DNA from: Promethearchaeia archaeon
Lineage (GTDB): Archaea; Asgardarchaeota; Lokiarchaeia; Sigyniarchaeales; SOKP01
Reading direction: 5' to 3'
Assembly: GCA_029856125.1 (NCBI GenBank)
Contig: JAHQWJ010000010.1
Location: forward strand, 1 to 10,864
DNA length: 10,864 nucleotides
Position numbers and translations under genes: made by a program. Position 1 is the first letter of the stretch. Every line of letters begins with the position of its first letter. Below, in pieces: positions 1-6,050 of the stretch. The notes below the pieces were generated by a model, which worked only from the letters and a program-made list of their open reading frames with translations, had not been told where the DNA came from and ran no database searches.

Positions 1-552
1 TACCGCGTATTTTATGAATTGGTCGTTTAACTTGTATTTAAGAGAAATTTCTGCGATCTTCTTAATATATTCTAGATTATTAGATTCCTTATGAGCTTGG
101 TCTAAAAAATTTATTGCCTCATAATATTTTGAGTCTTTAATTAATTCCTCTGCTTTAACTATGAAATTTTCAGTTTTACTTTGCTTAATCAGATTGAAAT
201 TCGCAGAGAAATTTATAGTTCTTATATCTTGACACACACTTTTGCATATATTCGGTTCAAGTAAGAGTAAAACCTTGACGATATGTTTACAGAACTTAGT
301 AGTTTTTTTAAAGTCAGGGCAGTCGTGGATGATATTTACGCGTTGTCCGTCTTGAAATATGTTTACTACATATTTCGAGTTTCCAGAGCCTTGAATATTA
401 GCTAAAATTTTAATTGTTGGACTCTTTACCACATTGAAATTAATTATGTTTTTATTCGGAATGCTTTTTCCTCGATTAAATCTAGCTCCAATCACGTGTC
501 TTTTGAACAAATCGCCGTTTTGAATATTATTTTTAAGATCTATAGTGTTCAC
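1..552 (-). CDS. SWIM zinc-finger protein with downstream TPR-like helices (3' end runs off the window)
   Basis: Not in the ORF track; translated by hand from GTG at 552 and open for 184 codons to the window edge: MNTIDLKNNIQNGDLFKRHVIGARFNRGKSIP...ILANIQGSGNSKYVVNIFQDGQRVNIIHDCPDFKKTTKFCKHIVKVLLLL...ENFIVKAEELIKDSKYYEAINFLDQAHKES. It has the RG helix, the A-x-I-Q-G-S...Y-x-V strands and an HxC-x9-CxH motif (283-327) typical of prokaryotic SWIM proteins. The start codon is uncertain. Confidence 0.88.
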   Translation of the reverse strand, partial: MNTIDLKNNIQNGDLFKRHVIGARFNRGKSIPNKNIINFNVVKSPTIKILANIQGSGNSKYVVNIFQDGQRVNIIHDCPDFKKTTKFCKHIVKVLLLLEPNICKSVCQDIRTINFSANFNLIKQSKTENFIVKAEELIKDSKYYEAINFLDQAHKESNNLEYIKKIAEISLKYKLNDQFIKYAV

Positions 553-576
553 CTTTAGAAGGTAAGTGGAATTAAT

Positions 577-3150
577 TTATTGATTGGTAATGATTTCAGA
601 TATTAATTTTGGAAAGTCTCTCCACTGATTTAATGTTAAAAGAACTCCATTGGCTTCTTTTACCATTTTTTTGGCCATGACTGGTGAAAATCCAAACTTT
701 GGAACGACCATAACGAATTTTATATCTTTTTCCTTCATGATTTTTAATTCCTTTAAGCTATTGTTGAAGTCAAAAACATCTGCATCTGTAAATAATATGT
801 TCAGTTTGTATTTCGAGCGTGCTTTTTTTTCAAATTGAAGGTTTGCCCATTTAAGTGCGTGGTTTATACATGTGCCTCCCCTAGCGGTTATATCAAGTAA
901 TTCGTCAACTACTTTTTCCAATTCAACATCATCATCAAGATTTTTTAATTTGTGCGTGTTAGACTCAAAAAAAGTAAGTGCGATTTCTTCTGGTTTAAAT
1001 GCATAAACTAACATTGTTGTGCATAACGCCATTTGAGCTAACTTGTTTCCTTTCATACTTCCGCTTATGTCCAATTCAAGAACCATACATCGAAGACCAT
1101 CGGTAGTTTTTGACACTAAAAAATCGTCGTTAGTAATCGTTTCTACGGTTTTTCCACCCTCCAGTAAATTACTTATAGTCTCTTCTAGATCAATTAATTC
1201 AAAATCGTCCCCCAAAGTGTAAGGGATTACAACATTCTCTACAAGGGGTCCAGATTTGGCAGTACCAATTAATGAATTTGCCGCATTAATACCTAAATCA
1301 ATCATAATTTGTTTTATGATCTCTTTCAACTTCTTCTTGATTTTGGCTGAAATATTATGCCTTGAATAAAACCATTGTTCTAATAGATCCAAACCGCTGC
1401 CAGCACCCAGAGAGGAAAACGCCATATCAAGAGCATCGTCTCCCATTTGTTCAGCAGACCTTAATACTTGAGATAAGTTTTTCTCGCTTAACGCGCTCAG
1501 AACTTCCAAATTCGGCTGTTTTAGTGGAGCACCTCCTAACGCCATCTTCACTATCTCGTCAATCTGCTGGGGAGATAATTCCATCTCCTCGAGATAATCT
1601 TTATATGTCTGATAATTCGATTGATTCTCCTTGACTAATTGTTTAAAAACTTTATAACTTTTTTCGATTAAGTTAAGTATTTCTGTTTCTGTCATTTTGA
1701 GCCTTTTACCTGCGTTTTTAATAGAGTTAATGTTCGGAGAAAAGCCCATCTTGTTAAAATCCTTAACCATATTACTTAACGAGTCTTTACTAACAGCTTT
1801 TTCGACGGTTTTATCAACTAATTCAGAAACTTTATTGTTCAGTTGCGATTGGCAAGAAAGATCGCTACAGTTTTGTTTAGAATCAATTAAATTATCGATG
1901 TAATTCTTCATCTGGGCATCTTTCATTTGTTTATCGCTGTATTCGTCATTGATTGATTGGACATCCTTATCAATAATATTTGACATTAATTTTCGCCACG
2001 CTGGAGATTTTGTAGGGTTGTTGATTAATTCCTTTTTGATATCAGTTGAGTTTTTTCCTTTACTAAAGTTATCAAAATTTTCGTTAATCTCATCTAGATA
2101 TTGTTCGCTCAAATTGTCTCCAAAATATTGATCAAAGTTCTTTGCGTTATTGTAAGCGTCTTTAAATGGAAGGTTCAAACTGGTATTTAAGATACTATCA
2201 ATTTTTTTCTTCGCTATGTTAGGATTTGATCCCAAGACTTTTGAAGTGTTAAAAATATCGTTCAGATTTTTGTTAGATTTAGAGAGATTTTGTTTCAAAA
2301 GATTTTTTACTATGTTTTGACCTTGTTCGGTTAATTTATTCGATTTTAAAGCAAATTCAGCAATGTTCAATCCTTCAAAGGAATTATCGCTTAAAGCTTT
2401 AGATAAACTTTCCTTAAATTTGTCCAGTTTTTGGTCCTTTGCGAGTTGAGACATTATTTTTTCTTTTAACGAGTCAGATTTGGAAATTATGTCATCCAGT
2501 AAATCTAATTTTTCAGCTGCATCTATATCCTCGGGCTCTAAATAGTTTATTTTGTTTTTTAGCAATTCTTTTGCGTAATCAAGCAAAGCTTTTAAATCTT
2601 TAAATTGATTGAAGTTTGCAATAGCATTTTTGTCAATGATATCTAAAGCTGTCTTATATGGATTTTCTTCTAGATCTTCGCTAAATCGGTCAAAAAAATC
2701 GTTTAGACTCTCGTCCATTAACTGATCTAAATCAAGATCTTCTAACTCATTAAAAAAATTATCTAGTAATTCAAAATCGTCAAACATCTCATCTAATTCG
2801 CTCAAATCTAATCCTAGATCATCGAGTAAGTCTTGGGCTGTTTCACTCCCAAATATGTCAGATTTTGCTACATCAGAAGACATCCGATTTTTCATAGGGT
2901 TATTATATGATAATATTTCTGTGGCAATTTTCCGAGCTAAAGCTTGATTTTCAAGAGGACTGGTAACAACAGCAATTTCAATAAAGTCGTTGATTTCACA
3001 AACGCCTTTGTTCATAAATCTCGCTATTATTAATTTGCAAATAGCTATGGCTTGGCGGATAGATGGTTTATACATGCACTTCTCATGATTCCTTAACGCA
3101 TTTATGAACTTAAGAGAAAACCAAACTGGGCTTTGGGGGAAGATTATCAT
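577..3150 (-). CDS. vWA (MIDAS) domain protein, CoxE/YehP-like MoxR partner with long N-terminal extension
   Basis: 857-aa ORF. The C-terminal vWA domain has an intact MIDAS: DISGS (residues 694-698, nt 1057-1071), GGT, and FTDAD. It is preceded by an IDLEETI segment typical of CoxE-like vWA proteins and lies 32 nt downstream of a MoxR ATPase. Confidence 0.92.
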   Translation of the reverse strand: MIIFPQSPVWFSLKFINALRNHEKCMYKPSIRQAIAICKLIIARFMNKGVCEINDFIEIAVVTSPLENQALARKIATEILSYNNPMKNRMSSDVAKSDIFGSETAQDLLDDLGLDLSELDEMFDDFELLDNFFNELEDLDLDQLMDESLNDFFDRFSEDLEENPYKTALDIIDKNAIANFNQFKDLKALLDYAKELLKNKINYLEPEDIDAAEKLDLLDDIISKSDSLKEKIMSQLAKDQKLDKFKESLSKALSDNSFEGLNIAEFALKSNKLTEQGQNIVKNLLKQNLSKSNKNLNDIFNTSKVLGSNPNIAKKKIDSILNTSLNLPFKDAYNNAKNFDQYFGDNLSEQYLDEINENFDNFSKGKNSTDIKKELINNPTKSPAWRKLMSNIIDKDVQSINDEYSDKQMKDAQMKNYIDNLIDSKQNCSDLSCQSQLNNKVSELVDKTVEKAVSKDSLSNMVKDFNKMGFSPNINSIKNAGKRLKMTETEILNLIEKSYKVFKQLVKENQSNYQTYKDYLEEMELSPQQIDEIVKMALGGAPLKQPNLEVLSALSEKNLSQVLRSAEQMGDDALDMAFSSLGAGSGLDLLEQWFYSRHNISAKIKKKLKEIIKQIMIDLGINAANSLIGTAKSGPLVENVVIPYTLGDDFELIDLEETISNLLEGGKTVETITNDDFLVSKTTDGLRCMVLELDISGSMKGNKLAQMALCTTMLVYAFKPEEIALTFFESNTHKLKNLDDDVELEKVVDELLDITARGGTCINHALKWANLQFEKKARSKYKLNILFTDADVFDFNNSLKELKIMKEKDIKFVMVVPKFGFSPVMAKKMVKEANGVLLTLNQWRDFPKLISEIITNQ

Positions 3151-3182
3151 TCAGATCAATACCATCCATTAATTAATTTAAA

Positions 3183-4328
3183 TTATGTGGATCCTAGGAC
3201 TTGAGAGATAATGTTTGTAATAATATCTTTAGCCTTAACTCCAGGCTTAGCCTGAATAGCTCCAAATAAAACATTGCTTGCGAGATCTCTGAGAATTTTA
3301 TTTGAATCTGCTTTCTTATTTCTTTTCTGAGCCACACCAGTTAACCGAGCCAAGGCAATACCGCTTCTTAAACTGGCTGGTGTTTGGACTTGGTGATGGG
3401 TGCGCGTTCTATTAATAATTAAGTAGATTTTTTCTAAAATGCTCTCTTCGACTTTATAATACGGATTGTTATGCTCTATTATTTTCATTTCGGTCTTTTT
3501 GTCAGGGTAGTCAAGCTCAATCCAGACGTTAAATCGATCTTTTAGGGCTTCACCTAATCTATGGGTCCCTACTAATTCTGATGGATTCATAGCGCCAATA
3601 AAGAAAAAACCGGGGGAAGATTTGACACGCCCTATGTGTGGAATGGACAATGTCCTTTCTTCTAAGGGTTCTAATAATGAATTCTGAGTGTATTCTGTAG
3701 CGCGATTTATTTCGTTCGCTAAAAACAATCCACCGTTTAACATTGCTTTTATGAGTGGACCCGGATTGAACGCTTCGAACGAAAAACCTTTCTGGATCGT
3801 TGTGGCTGGATTAAAAGATCCTATTAGGTGAGAGGGTTTGGTCGATTCATCGAATGTTATCCACTCAAACGAATCATTTCCCGTGATTTCTGCTCTCGAT
3901 TGAGCGTAATACCTACATAGGGTTGTTTTGCCTATTCCCGGTGGCCCTACTAAAATGGGGTATAGGTTGGAAGCGTCTGCTTCAAACATTAGATCAAGAG
4001 CCTTCTCATATTGCCCTGTTAAAACGATTTCTAGCTTTTCTTCCTTTTGAAGAAGTAGATTTTTTTCAAACAAGTCTTTTAGGGTAAGTTGTTTTTGATT
4101 AAGTTGACCTTTACCTTTCACATTGATATACGGAGAGCTCTTTAAAATCGAGAGATTATCTAATCTTTTTTCTTTAGTCTCTTTTTGGGGTGTCTTATTA
4201 GCAGCAGGCTTTTTAGTAGCGTTACTAGTTTTTGCTGTCGTAGTGGTTCTTGTTTTAACTGGAGTTTTAATTGGGGGTTTTTGAGTTTTTTTAATTTGAT
4301 TATTTTTTGTTACGGGTTTCTTTGCCAT
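3183..4328 (-). CDS. MoxR-class AAA+ ATPase (AAA_5-like)
   Basis: Walker A GPPGIGKT (nt 3924-3947), PGPL motif, Walker B region LFLANEINRA, TQNSLLEPLEER, sensor 1 AMNP, Arg finger ALKDRF, sensor 2 ASLR. The first 55 residues are low-complexity and K/T/P-rich. Confidence 0.95.
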   Translation of the reverse strand: MAKKPVTKNNQIKKTQKPPIKTPVKTRTTTTAKTSNATKKPAANKTPQKETKEKRLDNLSILKSSPYINVKGKGQLNQKQLTLKDLFEKNLLLQKEEKLEIVLTGQYEKALDLMFEADASNLYPILVGPPGIGKTTLCRYYAQSRAEITGNDSFEWITFDESTKPSHLIGSFNPATTIQKGFSFEAFNPGPLIKAMLNGGLFLANEINRATEYTQNSLLEPLEERTLSIPHIGRVKSSPGFFFIGAMNPSELVGTHRLGEALKDRFNVWIELDYPDKKTEMKIIEHNNPYYKVEESILEKIYLIINRTRTHHQVQTPASLRSGIALARLTGVAQKRNKKADSNKILRDLASNVLFGAIQAKPGVKAKDIITNIISQVLGST

Positions 4329-4366
4329 ATAGAAAACCTTTACAGTTAAATTTTTGAATTTATGTC

Positions 4367-4388
4367 TGATGTTTAGTAATAAACATCA
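4367..4388. promoter_or_regulatory. Perfect 9-bp inverted repeat upstream of the MoxR gene (candidate operator or 5'UTR hairpin)
   Basis: TGATGTTTA-GTAA-TAAACATCA, 39-60 nt upstream of the ATG at 4328 and about 24 nt downstream of a minus-strand TATA-like box. Confidence 0.5.
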
Positions 4389-4411
4389 CTATTATTTATT
4401 TTGATTATCCA

Positions 4412-4419
4412 TATATAAA
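4412..4419 (-). promoter_or_regulatory. Candidate TATA box for the MoxR-vWA-SWIM operon
   Basis: Minus strand reads TTTATATA, matching the archaeal TATA consensus. The region is AT-rich, so a chance match is possible. Confidence 0.4.
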
Positions 4420-4491
4420 TCCAGAGAATAAAGAAAAAGTGAATTGTCTAATATTACTCTGAGGGATAGAAACTCAGTTAATTTGCGTTTA

Positions 4492-4514
4492 TATCATAAT
4501 ATAGACTTATGATA
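4492..4514. repeat. Perfect 8-bp inverted repeat over the 3' end of the 35-aa ORF
   Basis: TATCATAA-TATAGAC-TTATGATA; it includes the TGA stop at 4494-4496. Confidence 0.45.
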
Positions 4515-4601
4515 AATTAAACTAACGGGACACAAGTGAAAACAAAGCCCACATAAATCACATAAATCTTCTCTAAATGCAGAAATTCTCTTAATACTCA
4601 T
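4494..4601 (-). CDS. 35-aa peptide with one 4Fe-4S binding motif (mini-ferredoxin or truncated Fe-S protein remnant)
   Basis: Hand translation from ATG 4601 to TGA 4494: MSIKRISAFREDLCDLCGLCFHLCPVSLIYHKSIL*. It has an exact CxxCxxCxxxCP motif in a ferredoxin-like FREDLC context. It could be a pseudogene fragment. Confidence 0.65.
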   Translation of the reverse strand: MSIKRISAFREDLCDLCGLCFHLCPVSLIYHKSIL

Positions 4602-4641
4602 AAATTCTTAGCTATCTCATAATTTTACTTTTAAAGTATCA

Positions 4642-5457
4642 CTATGGTGCTATAATTAAAACAATACTATAAACAAGTATCAGATTTCCTAAAATAATAC
4701 CAACATCCTTTAGCGTAGTTCGACCTAATAAATCTTTACGAGGTTTCCTGAATATATACATGATTCCAAAAGGAAAGAAAATTATTGGGAGAAATATAAT
4801 GAATTGCGTAATGATTAACGATATTATCGCTATTGCTAACGACACTAATGAAGCAATCCAAATTACCATTTGAGAAGCCTTTGGAGATAACTTCGATAAA
4901 GAGTCTCCATCAATTAACTCGTGTAGCATTTGACCCGTATAACCTACGGATGCCACTGAAAGTAATATTAATAACTCAAATACATTTAGATTGGGGAAAA
5001 AACCTAAGATTATATCGCCCGCATTAATTTTTATCATCAACCATGGTAAAACGATGTGTGAAATACCTAAAATGATATGGTTAATGATAACAAGCGATTT
5101 GAACAGACAATAAAAAATTACCAAAATAACTATGATCACTAAATAAATCCCTAAAAGTGGATACACTACAATTCTATTCATAAAACAGATAGTCCCTATT
5201 AAGAAACTCGCTAATGAAATCGTTAAAATTTCTTTCCGACTATATCCTTGAACTCTTTCTAGCGTTTCTATCTCGTCTGGATTCTTCATATCTATAACGT
5301 CATTTAAAGTATTTCCTGTAATAGCATAAAAAGCAAACCCCGCTAAAATCCAAATGTGAGCGGTGATCTCATACTTGTTTAAATAAATGCTTAATAAACA
5401 GGGAACGAGGACTGAAAATAAGTATTCAATTCTTAATAATCTAAATCCATTACTCAT
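4642..5457 (-). CDS. UbiA-family prenyltransferase (divergent)
   Basis: Multi-pass membrane protein with N-terminal LLRIEY, first Asp-rich motif GNTLNDVID (NDxxD at 5290-5304) and a degenerate second motif HELIDGD (4903-4923). I prefer ATG 5457 over the track's GTG 5469 because a TATA-like TTATAATA lies about 25 nt upstream. Confidence 0.8.
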   Translation of the reverse strand: MSNGFRLLRIEYLFSVLVPCLLSIYLNKYEITAHIWILAGFAFYAITGNTLNDVIDMKNPDEIETLERVQGYSRKEILTISLASFLIGTICFMNRIVVYPLLGIYLVIIVILVIFYCLFKSLVIINHIILGISHIVLPWLMIKINAGDIILGFFPNLNVFELLILLSVASVGYTGQMLHELIDGDSLSKLSPKASQMVIWIASLVSLAIAIISLIITQFIIFLPIIFFPFGIMYIFRKPRKDLLGRTTLKDVGIILGNLILVYSIVLIIAP

Positions 5458-5586
5458 TGAAAAAATCACATTGAGATATATTATAATGAAGTAATAATTA
5501 ATAAAGTAAAAAAATTTAGGATTTTATTAATTTCTAACAAATTTTGGTTCCTTTTTAAGGGGGTAGAACTCTGGATTCATTAAATT

Positions 5587-5606
5587 AGAAAAAGAAGATT
5601 AAAAAA
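5587..5606 (-). terminator. U-rich archaeal-type terminator after the small-ORF pair
   Basis: Minus strand reads TTTTTTAATCTTCTTTTTCT, starting about 10 nt after the TAA at 5616. Confidence 0.4.
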
Positions 5607-5615
5607 TTGATACTA

Positions 5616-5741
5616 TTAAATAAAAACCCTATTATTACTATTGAGAAACGACTCTAATAATCTGTAAGTTTTTGGAATGTATTGTGCTCTTTCAATAAAT
5701 GAGGGTTTACTAATTTTTCTCTTGACATATTTATATCCCAT
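5616..5741 (-). CDS. Small basic hypothetical protein (41 aa)
   Basis: ATG 5741 to TAA 5616: MGYKYVKRKISKPSFIERAQYIPKTYRLLESFLNSNNRVFI*. SD-like AGGTG at 5752-5756; followed by U-tracts. Confidence 0.55.
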   Translation of the reverse strand: MGYKYVKRKISKPSFIERAQYIPKTYRLLESFLNSNNRVFI

Positions 5742-5767
5742 ACTTCTTTTACACCTGAATTGTATAT

Positions 5768-5932
5768 TTAATTGTAAGCACTATAATAATCCCGTTGAAA
5801 AGAGATACTTTTTAGAAGCGTCTCTTTATTTTCAAAGTACTTGTTGTTATATCTAGACTCTTCTATTGCTTGAGATAATTTTTTGTTCTTCAGACTAACT
5901 TTTTTATTATTTATTTTATTTACTAATGCCAC
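5768..5932 (-). CDS. Small basic hypothetical protein (54 aa)
   Basis: GTG 5932 to TAA 5768: MALVNKINNKKVSLKNKKLSQAIEESRYNNKYFENKETLLKSISFQRDYYSAYN*. Strong archaeal SD AGGTGAT (5938-5944) sits 5 nt before the start. Confidence 0.6.
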   Translation of the reverse strand: MALVNKINNKKVSLKNKKLSQAIEESRYNNKYFENKETLLKSISFQRDYYSAYN

Positions 5933-5965
5933 TTATTATCACCTATTTTATTAAATTAAACGAAT

Positions 5966-6022
5966 AATATATATTTTCTGTATAAAGTATATATATAAAA
6001 TAAAAAAGTATATATAAAATAA
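5966..6022. promoter_or_regulatory. Divergent promoter region with repeated TATATA elements
   Basis: Palindrome AATATATATT (5966-5975), then the direct repeat AAAGTATATATATAAAATAA (5984-6003) / AAAGTATATATAAAATAA (6005-6022). The last TATATAAA (6011-6018) is positioned for a leaderless transcript starting near ATG 6039. Confidence 0.55.
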
Positions 6023-6023
6023 G

Positions 6024-6050
6024 AAATTCTTCCATAATATGGAACGATTT
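6024..6050. promoter_or_regulatory. Inverted repeat centred on the regulator start codon (candidate operator)
   Basis: AAAT-TC-TTCCATA-A-TATGGAA-CG-ATTT: a perfect 7-bp core (6030-6044), with 11 of 13 positions pairing overall. Confidence 0.45.

Noticed and set aside
650-2131. Plus-strand ORFs 650-838, 1362-1634, 1697-1903 and 1949-2131
   Set aside because: Antisense shadows of the vWA gene with no recognisable motifs.
577-4328. Calling the pair a Mg/Co chelatase I/D, or CO dehydrogenase CoxD/CoxE
   Set aside because: The ATPase motifs are MoxR-type rather than ChlI-type, and no chelatase large subunit or cox structural genes are in the window.
4392-4496. Selenocysteine read-through of the TGA ending the 35-aa ORF
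   Set aside because: The frame stays open for about 33 codons but adds no Cys or second Fe-S motif, and the downstream hairpin (4367-4388) lacks a SECIS-type tandem G-A core.
4550-4567. Tandem repeat CACATAAAT x2, with looser CATAA copies nearby
   Set aside because: Explained by near-duplicate codons for DLC-DLC in the 35-aa Fe-S ORF; the other copies are expected in AT-rich DNA. It is not a CRISPR or iteron array.
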